A stretch of DNA of 64,000 nt from an uncultured Gammaproteobacteria bacterium (GCA_965231005.1 OZ246405.1:39204-103203), one strand, 5' to 3'. Shown: positions 1 through 9,533, counted from the stretch's first letter. Program-made: numbers and translations. The notes: generated by a model from the sequence alone, not told the origin.

Positions 1-1
1 G

Positions 2-460
2 AAAGTCTGTTATTCAAGCACAGATTGCAAAACAACCCAGCAAGTTTGTGAAGATGGAAACTTTCTGTGTGTTGATTGTCTTACGACAGATGACTGCCCA
101 CAGAATCAGGAATGTATAGAAAAAAAATGCCAGGCTGTTGCCACATGCAAGTCTGACAAGGACTGCTCTGCTGTCTGCAACAAGGATAAGGGCTGGTGCG
201 TCGACTGCGTTTCGTCTGCTGACTGCAAGGCTGATGAATTCTGCACGTCCTGGGGAACCTGCGATCCCACTGTTTGTTCTAATCACTCCTGTGCCGAGAC
301 AGCCCTTGGAACAAGATTCTTCAAGTGCAGATCGGATGGAGCAGGTTATCAAAACGTTGCCCCGTGTGACGACAAGGATGAATGCACCATAGACACCTGC
401 GACGTCGTCAAAGGCTGCAGTCACTCTCCCAAGTCAGGTGGCAATTGCGGTAGTGGCTGA
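2..460 (+). CDS. C-terminal fragment of a cysteine-rich (CxDC...DC...C repeat) secreted protein; 5' end lies outside the window
   Basis: Frame +2 is open from the window edge to TGA at 458-460 and contains no Met. Cys/Asp spacing is regular (CVDCLTTDDC, CVDCVSSADC). The track ORFs 14-424(-) and 138-392(+) are other frames of the same DNA. Confidence 0.5.
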   Translation, partial: KVCYSSTDCKTTQQVCEDGNFLCVDCLTTDDCPQNQECIEKKCQAVATCKSDKDCSAVCNKDKGWCVDCVSSADCKADEFCTSWGTCDPTVCSNHSCAETALGTRFFKCRSDGAGYQNVAPCDDKDECTIDTCDVVKGCSHSPKSGGNCGSG

Positions 461-624
461 GGTTTACCTAACAACATGGTCTTATCGCTACTGAACTTCT
501 CATGAGCGAGTACCACATCCGATCCGCGCATTTGCTGCGATCAAGTCCTCACCGGACGAACATCGCGCACGTGCGGATCGGGGACTTTAAAAGAACATCC
601 TTCAAAACGCTTGCCCTGAGCGAC

Positions 625-668
625 CGAGCCGCTCGCGAGCAGCTCGGGAGTCGAAGGGTGTTTTTTTG
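625..668 (+). terminator. GC-rich hairpin (ccgagccgctcgcgagcagctcggg) followed by a T7 run; putative intrinsic terminator of the upstream Cys-rich gene
   Basis: Inverted repeat followed by gggtgtttttttg, read directly. Confidence 0.35.
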
Positions 669-773
669 ATCATTTAAGCAATTCTCCAATCACAATCACA
701 GGCTGGATAATCTAAAAAAGTTGATTAATTCTATAGTTGGTATATACTTAAAAAAGATACATAACTTTTACAC

Positions 774-1004
774 ATGGAAAATATACTTGGACATTATTTT
801 GGTGTTGACTGGTTTGCAATGATTATGACACTTTTATTTCTTTACTTAATTGGAAATAAAAAAAGGTATGGCTTTATTTTTTATTTACTCGGAAATATTG
901 CGTGGATGTATGTAAATGCTACAGCAAAAATATGGCCAGGAGTAATACTAAACATAACTCTTATTATTCTCAACTTTAGAGCGTACATAAAATGGAAAGA
1001 ATAG
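774..1004 (+). CDS. small 3-TM membrane protein (76 aa), possibly a SemiSWEET/PnuC-repeat-like half transporter
   Basis: Three hydrophobic segments; TTGATT-N16/17-TATACT promoter-like sequence upstream; sits 10 nt before a NUDIX gene. Confidence 0.4.
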   Translation: MENILGHYFGVDWFAMIMTLLFLYLIGNKKRYGFIFYLLGNIAWMYVNATAKIWPGVILNITLIILNFRAYIKWKE

Positions 1005-1014
1005 ATTTGAAAAT

Positions 1015-1413
1015 ATGAACAAAATCACACTCACAGCAGACGTAATCATTACATACGACGATGGAAGTATTGTTTTGATAAAACGAGGAACAGAACCTTT
1101 CAAAGGAAAGTGGGCATTGCCAGGTGGAAGACTTGATGGAAATGAAACACTTGAAGAAACTGCTATTCGTGAAGCAAAAGAAGAAACAGGACTTGATGTC
1201 CAGCTGAATAATATTGTTGGAGTATATTCTGATCCAAATAGAGACCCCCGTGGAAGGTATGTAAGCGCGGTTTTTACAGCAACTCCTGTTAGTGGTGAAT
1301 TACATGCATCGTCAGATGCAGCTGAATATCTTCGTACAAAAGATTTTACAACACTCGACTTGGCATTTGATCATGATAAAGTCATTGCTGACTATTTGGA
1401 GACACTTAAATAA
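1015..1413 (+). CDS. NUDIX hydrolase
   Basis: Nudix box GGRLDGNETLEETAIREAKEETGL (Gx5Ex7REUxEExGU). Confidence 0.8.
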   Translation: MNKITLTADVIITYDDGSIVLIKRGTEPFKGKWALPGGRLDGNETLEETAIREAKEETGLDVQLNNIVGVYSDPNRDPRGRYVSAVFTATPVSGELHASSDAAEYLRTKDFTTLDLAFDHDKVIADYLETLK

Positions 1414-1419
1414 AAAAAT

Positions 1420-1449
1420 AAAACAAGACTCTTTCAAGCCTTGTTTTTT
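1420..1449. terminator. hairpin AAAACAAG-loop-CTTGTTTT plus T-run (conserved terminator motif, copy 1 of 3)
   Basis: 8-bp perfect stem. The same stem sequence recurs at 3185-3213 and 37803-37832. Confidence 0.4.
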
Positions 1450-1460
1450 ATTTAACATGT

Positions 1461-2285
1461 TTATTTCCTCTTACAAACTATAATCCTTGTCCTCGTTTTG
1501 TTAAACGTATCATCTGGAAGTTCATCAATAATTTTTAATGATGTTGTAATTGACTTTTGATCGTCTTTCCATTTTTTATTATAATCCCACACTTTTCCAG
1601 GAGGTAAAATACTAAAAATCATTTTGCGATATGTTTTCATGTGCGGCACGTGCTGATATTTATCAAGAATATCAAAAGCAGTCTTTGTAGCAGGATGTTT
1701 AGAATATGGCTGTGTTAAAAACATAATCTGCATCCAAAGATCAGTTACCTTTTGCCATGTTGGTTTGATCTTTGAATATTTTTTTATTATTGGTTCAACA
1801 TCTGCAACAGTAGAAGTTTCTGGAAAATAACTAAACACTCGTTCTACAAACACACCTTTTGGTTTAAGCCACGATGCAATATTTTTATAGAGAATAAATT
1901 GATCTTTAAATTTAAGATTCCCTTTTATATAATCACCAAAAACAACATCAAAAGATGCAGGCGGTAGTGGGGCTGTTAACCAACTTGCTCGTGTCCACAC
2001 TTCCCTATCTGATGATTGTTTCATCAGTTCTGTCATGGCAAGTGTCATTTCTATATTTACATCTACAAGAGTTACCTGCACATTGCGATGCTTTGCAAGC
2101 ATGTCACGAATTTCTGGAGTTGAACCCATGACAAGAACACGTGGATGTTTCTTCCCTTTTGTATATTTTTTGAGTAATGCTTCAAACGTGCGAATATTCC
2201 CTTTTGATGGACGAGGTCCTGGGCCAAGTTTATGCCACGTTTCAGCTATCTTTCGCCATGGTTCTGTATGTGTTTTTTTGGACAT
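1461..2285 (-). CDS. class I SAM-dependent methyltransferase (paralog 1)
   Basis: VLVMGSTPEIRD glycine-rich motif I and DVVFGD motif; 274 aa. Confidence 0.6.
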   Translation of the reverse strand: MSKKTHTEPWRKIAETWHKLGPGPRPSKGNIRTFEALLKKYTKGKKHPRVLVMGSTPEIRDMLAKHRNVQVTLVDVNIEMTLAMTELMKQSSDREVWTRASWLTAPLPPASFDVVFGDYIKGNLKFKDQFILYKNIASWLKPKGVFVERVFSYFPETSTVADVEPIIKKYSKIKPTWQKVTDLWMQIMFLTQPYSKHPATKTAFDILDKYQHVPHMKTYRKMIFSILPPGKVWDYNKKWKDDQKSITTSLKIIDELPDDTFNKTRTRIIVCKRK

Positions 2286-2286
2286 A

Positions 2287-3141
2287 TTATTTTTTCTTAC
2301 AATACCAAAATGGAGTTACATTGGAATATGCATAGTCAGTAGCATGGACTACATCTTCAATAATAAAATATGGATCAATATCATTACGCAAATCTTGCTC
2401 ATACCCTATGTCCCACTTTTTCTCCAGATCTCCCCAAAATGTGTATAAATGAGTAAGTAATGTACTAATATTTGGAATCTCCTCTTGTTTCCACTCACCT
2501 TTTTCCCAAAATGGAGACACAAGCTGCCACACACGCTGCATACTTACATCTTTTGTTTCAGCATCGTATGAGTTTGTTAACAATTCAAAAAATAATTCAA
2601 AGGCAAGTTGGTGGGTATACGTACGTTTTGAAAAATCCTCAAATATAATTTGAGTATCTCGAAACGGCCAATTGTCTGGAACTTTATGTACTCTGTGAAT
2701 ATATGAACCCGAGGATTTAAGGACTCGAAGCAATGTAGTATGAAATTCAGGCCAATCTTTTCTTGGAATATTTGACCAAGAAAAATCTCCCAATACTGCA
2801 TCGAACGTGTTGTCAGGCAAGTCATTACTCACCCAACTTCCACAAATCTGTGTGTCTTGATCTGCATCGTTCACAAAAGAATTCATTGCATGTATCATTT
2901 CTTGATTGATATCAATAATAGTCACATCAAAGCCAAGACTGTGTAAGACATTTCGTGTCTCTGGTGTTGCACCAAGCACAAGTGCATTTTTCCCACTTGT
3001 TTCAGCAACCTGCTCAAGAAGCGCACCATAAATCTCTTGATCTTGGATCGATGGTCGTCCAGGAGGTGTGTAGTATTTTTCCCATGTCGATGCCAAATGC
3101 TTCCATGGTGAGGCAAATACTTCTTTATTTTCTGTATTCAT
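2287..3141 (-). CDS. class I SAM-dependent methyltransferase (paralog 2, tandem duplicate)
   Basis: ALVLGATPETRN and DAVLGD motifs. N-terminus PWKHLASTWEKY parallels PWRKIAETWHKL of the downstream gene. 1-nt intergenic gap. Confidence 0.6.
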   Translation of the reverse strand: MNTENKEVFASPWKHLASTWEKYYTPPGRPSIQDQEIYGALLEQVAETSGKNALVLGATPETRNVLHSLGFDVTIIDINQEMIHAMNSFVNDADQDTQICGSWVSNDLPDNTFDAVLGDFSWSNIPRKDWPEFHTTLLRVLKSSGSYIHRVHKVPDNWPFRDTQIIFEDFSKRTYTHQLAFELFFELLTNSYDAETKDVSMQRVWQLVSPFWEKGEWKQEEIPNISTLLTHLYTFWGDLEKKWDIGYEQDLRNDIDPYFIIEDVVHATDYAYSNVTPFWYCKKK

Positions 3142-3184
3142 ATGTGTGTATTCTACTCTCTAGTGGTATAAATTTCAACTAAAC

Positions 3185-3213
3185 AAAACAAGACTTTTTT
3201 AAGCCTTGTTTTT
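3185..3213. terminator. AAAACAAG...CTTGTTTT hairpin (conserved terminator motif, copy 2)
   Basis: Same stem as at 1420-1449. Confidence 0.35.
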
Positions 3214-3223
3214 AATTATAAAT

Positions 3224-3266
3224 CTTTCCCTAATCCCTGATTTCCGGTTTCCGATTTCTATTCCAG
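3224..3266. repeat. 8-bp tandem array (TTCCCTAATCCC TGATTTCC GGTTTCC GATTTCT) of the TAGTTTCC repeat family
   Basis: Shares the TTCCCTAAT core and TTTCC units with the arrays at 18448-18496 and 52615-52651. Confidence 0.5.
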
Positions 3267-5267
3267 AATTATCCCATCAATCGCCTTAAGAATCTTTTCT
3301 CCAGTAACAACATCTGTTGCTTCAACACGAACTTTTGAACTAAGCTGTGTTTGCCCAGCATTTACTTTGTGAAGTTTTACTTTAAACTGATATGCAAGCA
3401 CATCAAGCTCTGTTGGCATGGTTGGAATTGTCCAAATCAATTTATTTTTTTGTTCATCAACAGTAACTTTTCCAGCAGGAGGAACAAGTGTTGTTTTTTC
3501 ATCAAAACTTACATCTCCAAAAAAGTCAGCACTAATGTTCAAATCTTTAAGTTCATGAAAACTATTATTCAAGAGCCATGTCACTGTGTACATTTTTTGA
3601 TCATTTGGTTCTTTTTTCACATCTGCTCGAACTTCGAGTGAAAGGTCTGACTGAATAGTAAGACCTATGCTATTACTTGAAATAATTTCCTTTTTCGACC
3701 CGAGGTCGACCAGCCTCTGGCTGGCATCCACCTCACCATCGTACTGAACATCACCAAAAATCTTTCCTGTCCATGTTTCAAATGCTGCCAAGTCTGTTAC
3801 ATCACTTGTTTTTACTGGCAACTGAACATCAATAACAACAGACTCCCCTGGCGCAATACTTGCCAATTCTTTTACTTGTCGTTTATCCCATGTAATTTCT
3901 CCACGACGTGTTGTATCATCAAGTTGTTCACCACGGATGGTTCCATCTGCTGGATCTTCTACCTTTGCCCAATGTAAAATACTTTTCTTTTTGATCGATG
4001 GCGCATCAAATACAAGACGAACTTTTGCATTTTTTAATGTTGCTTCTCCAGCATTTTTTGTGACAACACTTACATTCAATTTTTCACCTGGCTCTACTGA
4101 AAGATCACCAACACTTCCATTGATAATGACAGTGGAGACAATTGTTGTTTCTACAAGTTTTAGATCAATAGATTCTTCTGCCAAGACAAATGCATCATCT
4201 ATCCCCTGTCCTTTTGCAATACCAAGAACTTTAGTTTTAAATGAAATCTCTTTTGCACCTTCTTCTGAGTCAAAACTTCCAACAATATTTACTTTAAACT
4301 CTTCATCAAAATCTTTTGTTGTCCATTGCAGCTCGTCTAAAGAATCACTTTCAGGAGTACTACTCTTTTTTGTAAAGACTTCTTCTCCTTCTACAACAAC
4401 TGCAATTCGTTCAATTGAATCTGGAAATCCATCTTCCTTTTTTACGCTTACAGTAAATGGCACGTCAGATCCTTGTGGGACTTCTTTTGGAATACCTATA
4501 GTAAAGGAAATTGGAGAATCAGTTGCTTTTGTATTTAGACTTGTTACTTTTTGAAATTCAGAACTAAAGTTTTCTGGGAAGTAATTTAAGAATACACGCA
4601 CTGATTGTGATTCTCCAAGACTTCCATGAAATGATCCAAAAATATCAATAATACCACCTTCGTCTGATTTGATTTCACCAAGATCCCATTTGTCTTTTGT
4701 ATTGTTGCTCGGCTCTACACTTGCACGATCAAACACAAATCCAGCAGGATAACGAACTTGCAATGTTGCATTGTTCAAAGAAATAGATTGTGTATTTCTG
4801 TATCGAATGCGATACTGCACTTCATCTCCTGCAACAACCTGCTCTTCTCCTGACACAGAAAGAATAACATCTTCTTCTGAAAATTTAGATGGTGACTGCA
4901 GCACAAAAAAACCAACCCATGCGACTGCACCAAGAAATACTAATGCAACAAAGAGAGTTAATAGTGCGCGAAATGTTCCTCTCCCTTTTCTTTTTTTAAA
5001 CTTTGTCATATCTGGCATGGATCCATCACTGTTCTCATAAATTTCTGTCAATTCTTTTTCAATCTTTTTTGAATACTCTTTTCGAGACAATGTTGCTTTT
5101 GAGCGTGACCGTGATGGTGTTTTTTTTGAAGCAGTCTTTGGTCTTTTTATTGTCTTTTTCTTAATTGAAGACCGTGAAGACGTAGGAGATAATTTCTTCT
5201 CTGTAAATGTTTTTCGGCTTCCAGAAGACTTCTTTGCTTTGCCTGTACTCTTCTTTTTTTCTGGCAT
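3258..5267 (-). CDS. membrane-anchored surface protein: Lys/Ser-rich basic N-terminal tail, one TM, large extracellular domain
   Basis: 669 aa; cytoplasmic K/R/S-rich 100 aa; hydrophobic segment ALLTLFVALVFLGAVAWVGFFVL; no recognisable catalytic motif. Confidence 0.55.
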   Translation of the reverse strand: MPEKKKSTGKAKKSSGSRKTFTEKKLSPTSSRSSIKKKTIKRPKTASKKTPSRSRSKATLSRKEYSKKIEKELTEIYENSDGSMPDMTKFKKRKGRGTFRALLTLFVALVFLGAVAWVGFFVLQSPSKFSEEDVILSVSGEEQVVAGDEVQYRIRYRNTQSISLNNATLQVRYPAGFVFDRASVEPSNNTKDKWDLGEIKSDEGGIIDIFGSFHGSLGESQSVRVFLNYFPENFSSEFQKVTSLNTKATDSPISFTIGIPKEVPQGSDVPFTVSVKKEDGFPDSIERIAVVVEGEEVFTKKSSTPESDSLDELQWTTKDFDEEFKVNIVGSFDSEEGAKEISFKTKVLGIAKGQGIDDAFVLAEESIDLKLVETTIVSTVIINGSVGDLSVEPGEKLNVSVVTKNAGEATLKNAKVRLVFDAPSIKKKSILHWAKVEDPADGTIRGEQLDDTTRRGEITWDKRQVKELASIAPGESVVIDVQLPVKTSDVTDLAAFETWTGKIFGDVQYDGEVDASQRLVDLGSKKEIISSNSIGLTIQSDLSLEVRADVKKEPNDQKMYTVTWLLNNSFHELKDLNISADFFGDVSFDEKTTLVPPAGKVTVDEQKNKLIWTIPTMPTELDVLAYQFKVKLHKVNAGQTQLSSKVRVEATDVVTGEKILKAIDGIILE

Positions 5268-5462
5268 ATTTATAACGTAAATAAGATCTAAAGTACTACC
5301 ATTGTAACAGATGGGGTATAAGAGTCAAGGATTTCAAAAAGAAATAGCGAAATAAAGAAATAAAGAAATAAGGGGCTTTGGATAAATGCCGAACGGCTGT
5401 TGAAACATACAATCTTTTTACGTTAACCCCTTATTTCCTGTTTCTTTATTTCTTTTAACAAA

Positions 5463-5512
5463 AAAAGCCTTTATGGCTTTTTTAGCATTTATGGCTTTTA
5501 AGGCCTTTTTAA
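5463..5512. repeat. 9-bp periodic array AAAGCCTTT ATGGCTTTT TTAGCATTT ATGGCTTTT AAGGCCTTT
   Basis: Five tandem 9-mers with consensus A(A/T)GGC(C/T)TTT directly after the stop of the DUF4012 gene. Confidence 0.6.
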
Positions 5513-8055
5513 TTTTTTTCCATAACAACACCAAGCACCTGGTCTTCATGAAGCGTTGTAGTAAACAGTGCCCCATTTACAGCAAGCTGTATGTCACCCC
5601 GAGATCGCCAAACTGGCTGCCACCCATCTGGATACACAATTTGGGAATGAAATGCACTATTGATTCCTGACTGTTTTTGAATAAACAAACTATACCTGCT
5701 TCCATGCCGCTGAGCATCTCCAAAAAATATGTCTCTCCACTTTTCTTGTGTTGTTAACTCTGCTTCTTCTTGCTCCATTTTTACTTGCATTGGAAGTTTA
5801 TAAACAAATGTCACCTCACTTGTTTCTCCAGGAAGAACACTCATCCAATTTCCAAACGTTGTTTTGCCAAATTGTTCTGACACACGCGTACCACTTTGTG
5901 CATGGATTCCTTTTTCTTTTTCAAAATCAGCCAAATGTGGATCTTGTCTATACCATTCTTCTGGAACTTTAAAGACATCTTCTGGCGGATAGGTAAATCC
6001 ATTTGCATCAAGAAGTTCAGACCCTTTTGGAACATATACACGAATATAATCTATATTTGGTCCACCATAAAATTGTTCCCCTGCCACACCAGTGTGTGTT
6101 CGTTTTATATTCACTGTATTGATGATTGATCCATCGTCCATAACTTGTGCTTGGTGTGTAATATCTTGTTCAATTTTTGCATCTGACTTTTGACCACCAA
6201 TATTTGTATTCACAACCATAAGATAATCTTGTGTTGGTGCTGTTTCAACAATTTCACCTGTCCATCCAAAAGATCGAATTTCTTTTTGTAACTCATTATC
6301 AATAAACGATGCTTGTATTTCTTTTTGTTGTGCAGCAGTATGTATTTCTGACAAGAGCCGAATTGCAGAAACAGCATCAATTTCTTTCATTCCTTCAAGG
6401 AGTTGTTCAAGCATGCTTGCAACAACTGCTTTTGGTTTATTTTCTTCTTTATCATAATTCAATTCAACTTCTTCTTGAACTGTCTGAAGTACATTGTCTG
6501 CATCGACGAGCAAATCAAATTCTTCATTTTCCATAGGACCAACAACACGAAGGAATCGTTCTAAAACTGATGCATTAATTGCAATGACTCCATCGACGGT
6601 TGCTCCTCTACCATGCTGATAAAACCATGCCATTTTTTCTGCCGAAGCAGCAAAATCTGGAAACCAATTACTATCTTGAAATTCCCAACGTCCATTTACT
6701 ACTTGTAATGGCTCTGGTGGTTCTACAAATACATTGAGTTGCCCTTTGATATCGTATGTGCCTCCTCCTGGGACTTCAATATTCATAATTTTTCCTTTTT
6801 GAACATCAACAACAGCAAAGCTTCCTAAAAATCCACCAGTTGCACGAAGTTCATGATTGTTCTGGAACATAACAAGGTATCGCTTTAATCCGTCAGCACC
6901 GAAAACCTTATTAATAACATCGACAAGGTCTGCTAAGTCACCCATGTCACTAATAAACGCAGCAAATAATAATTTAAACTCTTCAAATGCATCCTGATAT
7001 TCTGTAGGAAGAGAAGATGATTCAACATGTTGGAGATCTTCAAGTGCAAGTCGGTATTGTGGGACAGAAGCTTGTAAATGATCTTGAATAATATTGAATC
7101 GATCGGTCATATTCAAATCATCATCTTCACTTGCAGCACTCACGCCTTTTACTAAATAGGTATTACCCAATGCCAAATGATGGCCAGCACTGAGTACATG
7201 TTGTCGAGACCGAACTTGTTTTCCAATAACAGGTAGCATACTTGCTACAAAGCCTAATATTTGATGTTCTTGATCGACAAAAGACTGCGCTTCATTGAAT
7301 GATCCAAGTGCACTATTCAAGTCAAATTGTGCTTGGGCAATATTTGCCTGAAGAGCAGCGAGTGTTGAAGACTGAAGAGAAAGAAACGCATTGGTGCTTT
7401 GCTCTACCAGTTCAGCACTGTCTTGTCGAACCTTTTTATAATATCCAAATGCAGGAAATGGTAGGCTTCCAATCAACACAAGAATAACAAAAGAGGCAAT
7501 AAAACGTCGAACAGTAAATCCTTGGACAAACTGTTGTGCTCGGTTGTCTACGGCATTGAATGCACCATTCCATTTTTGTTTTACAGATGAGGCAACAGTG
7601 CGATGAAATGTTATTCGACGTCGTGCTTTTTTTACAACAATACGATCGTCTCTTTGTAAAATTGGTTGAGATACCACTCCTTGTGTTTGTTGTTTTCTAA
7701 CCATATTTCGAAGCTGAACAACCTCTTGCTCAAGACGTTCGATTTTTGTTTTCTGATTTGCTTTGCGAACCATGCTTGCCAAATCAATTCCCTCTCGGAT
7801 TGGAGCAACTTTTTCATATGCTTCTCGAAATGCTTTTACGCGCTCTGGCGCGACCTTCTTTTCTGGGCGCAAATCAACAATATGTGGTGATTGTTTTTTA
7901 TCGTGGCAAACATGAACAACGACAGATGGTTTTGTCGTTCTTTTTTTCCTCTTTTTGACATGAGGAGTACTATTGAGCGATGCTCGTTTACATGTCCGTT
8001 TTGTGTGTCCAGGACGTCTGCAAACTGAGCATTTTCGCTGCTTTTTTTCTGCCAT
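5509..8055 (-). CDS. DUF4012 domain protein with N-terminal zinc-ribbon-like CxxC...C and one TM
   Basis: 848 aa; HNHELRATGGFLGSFAVVDV block characteristic of DUF4012; CSVCRRPGHTKRTC near the N-terminus; adjacent to the GT4 cluster. Confidence 0.6.
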   Translation of the reverse strand: MAEKKQRKCSVCRRPGHTKRTCKRASLNSTPHVKKRKKRTTKPSVVVHVCHDKKQSPHIVDLRPEKKVAPERVKAFREAYEKVAPIREGIDLASMVRKANQKTKIERLEQEVVQLRNMVRKQQTQGVVSQPILQRDDRIVVKKARRRITFHRTVASSVKQKWNGAFNAVDNRAQQFVQGFTVRRFIASFVILVLIGSLPFPAFGYYKKVRQDSAELVEQSTNAFLSLQSSTLAALQANIAQAQFDLNSALGSFNEAQSFVDQEHQILGFVASMLPVIGKQVRSRQHVLSAGHHLALGNTYLVKGVSAASEDDDLNMTDRFNIIQDHLQASVPQYRLALEDLQHVESSSLPTEYQDAFEEFKLLFAAFISDMGDLADLVDVINKVFGADGLKRYLVMFQNNHELRATGGFLGSFAVVDVQKGKIMNIEVPGGGTYDIKGQLNVFVEPPEPLQVVNGRWEFQDSNWFPDFAASAEKMAWFYQHGRGATVDGVIAINASVLERFLRVVGPMENEEFDLLVDADNVLQTVQEEVELNYDKEENKPKAVVASMLEQLLEGMKEIDAVSAIRLLSEIHTAAQQKEIQASFIDNELQKEIRSFGWTGEIVETAPTQDYLMVVNTNIGGQKSDAKIEQDITHQAQVMDDGSIINTVNIKRTHTGVAGEQFYGGPNIDYIRVYVPKGSELLDANGFTYPPEDVFKVPEEWYRQDPHLADFEKEKGIHAQSGTRVSEQFGKTTFGNWMSVLPGETSEVTFVYKLPMQVKMEQEEAELTTQEKWRDIFFGDAQRHGSRYSLFIQKQSGINSAFHSQIVYPDGWQPVWRSRGDIQLAVNGALFTTTLHEDQVLGVVMEKN

Positions 8056-8099
8056 GTTCTTCGCTATTTATAGATATATTATACCATGAATCTGTAATA

Positions 8100-8290
8100 A
8101 ATAGCAGAAGAATTGGGTATAAACCGACTGCATTCAACACACCTCTCATTCTGTCATTGCGAGGAATGAAGCGAAAGCGTAATGACGAAGCAATCTAGTG
8201 GGAACTGCTAGAAAAATTCCAATGAGATTGCTTCGTCGCCCTACTGCCTATCGGCAAGTAGGGCTTCTCGCAATGACAGGAATCTTTTAA
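8100..8290. other. nested-palindrome structured element (possible cis-regulatory RNA or REP-like DNA element) in the leader of the DUF4012 gene
   Basis: Perfect 13-bp inverted pairs CTGTCATTGCGAG/CTCGCAATGACAG and GACGAAGCAATCT/AGATTGCTTCGTC, plus an internal hairpin GCCCTACTTGCC-GATA-GGCAGTAGGGC. Locally GC-rich. Confidence 0.4.
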
Positions 8291-8322
8291 TAAAAAAACC
8301 TCCCCCTGCTAAAGGGGAGGTA
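8290..8322 (-). terminator. intrinsic terminator of the GT4 gene (CCTCCCC-TTTAGCA-GGGGGAGG stem then T7 on the minus strand)
   Basis: The reverse complement reads cctcccctttagcagggggaggttttttt. Confidence 0.55.
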
Positions 8323-8341
8323 GCCGAAGGCTGGAGGGGGT

Positions 8342-9466
8342 TTACTTTTTTACGAGAAACTCCGAATAAACATCCAACGTCTCCTCTGCCATCCTTTTCC
8401 ATGAATATCTTTTCAACTCTTCTACACCTTTTTGTTTTAGTTCAAAACGAATATCCTCGTCTACAAGCGCACGTTCAATTGCAGAAGCAAATTGTTCATG
8501 GTCTTCTGGATCAGCATACAGTGCAGCTTCACCTAAAATTTCTGGGAGGCATGTTCTGTTTGAAGAAACAACAGGAACGCCATGACTCATCGCTTCAAGC
8601 GGTGGCAATCCAAATCCTTCGTACAAACTTGGAAATGTATAAAGTGTTGCATGTTTATAAAGAGTTAACAATTCATCATCACTAACAAAATCCGTATAAA
8701 CAACATTGTTACATTGTTTTATTTCTTCACTTTTTAAAAGTTTTTCATAAAAATAATTTTTCTTTCCAACGAGCACAAGTTGATATTCATCTTCAAATGT
8801 TTTTTCAATAATTTTCCACGCATTTAACAAACCTTTTAAATTCTTGTGTGGAAACGCCACTCCAACATACAACACATACGGCTTGGCAATATTAAACTTT
8901 TTCAAAACAGAATTATTTGTATCTTGTGTCTTATGATTTAAGTAGGCTTCATATGTGACACTCATCTTATCAAGAGAAACATTAAGTGTTTTGTGCACAT
9001 CTTGTCTTGTAAACTCACTTGGCGTAAAAATATGTTTTGCTTTTTTTACTGCATGAGCAAGCACTACTTTGTATGCAATATATTTGAATGCATAACGAAA
9101 CCACCCAAGCGTGCTTGCTTCACGAGTTGGATAATGCATGAGCAACAAATCATGAACAGTGACAACAAATGGATCATTATAAAACAGAGGTACGTTCCAG
9201 TGTGGAAAATGCATCAAATCTATTTGTTCTTTTTTGAGAATGCGTAAAAATCTGAATTGTTCTTCCCATCCATACCAATGTATGTCTGCAAGAACTTTTC
9301 GAATCTTTGGATGTTCTGGGACAAGCTCCCAATTATCTTTTTTTAAAAATAAAACATACTCATCATCACCAGACAGTGTAATAAGATGATCAATGAGTTG
9401 TTGCGTATACCGACCCAATCCCCCACATTGAGGACCAAGCATTCGTGCGTCTATGCCGACTCTCAT
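8342..9466 (-). CDS. glycosyltransferase family 4
   Basis: EGFGLPPLEAMSHGVPVVSS motif of GT4/RfaB-like enzymes. Confidence 0.8.
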   Translation of the reverse strand: MRVGIDARMLGPQCGGLGRYTQQLIDHLITLSGDDEYVLFLKKDNWELVPEHPKIRKVLADIHWYGWEEQFRFLRILKKEQIDLMHFPHWNVPLFYNDPFVVTVHDLLLMHYPTREASTLGWFRYAFKYIAYKVVLAHAVKKAKHIFTPSEFTRQDVHKTLNVSLDKMSVTYEAYLNHKTQDTNNSVLKKFNIAKPYVLYVGVAFPHKNLKGLLNAWKIIEKTFEDEYQLVLVGKKNYFYEKLLKSEEIKQCNNVVYTDFVSDDELLTLYKHATLYTFPSLYEGFGLPPLEAMSHGVPVVSSNRTCLPEILGEAALYADPEDHEQFASAIERALVDEDIRFELKQKGVEELKRYSWKRMAEETLDVYSEFLVKK

Positions 9467-9533
9467 ACATTGCGTTAATGAATAGAGTCAGCATAGCACT
9501 TGATAGCAGACGAGTCAAAAGAGAATGTGTTGC

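Noticed and set aside
14-424. Track ORFs 14-424(-) and 138-392(+)
   Set aside because: Both overlap a longer open frame (+2, 2-460). That frame has a regular Cys/Asp repeat pattern typical of a real secreted Cys-rich protein. The other frames are read-through artefacts.
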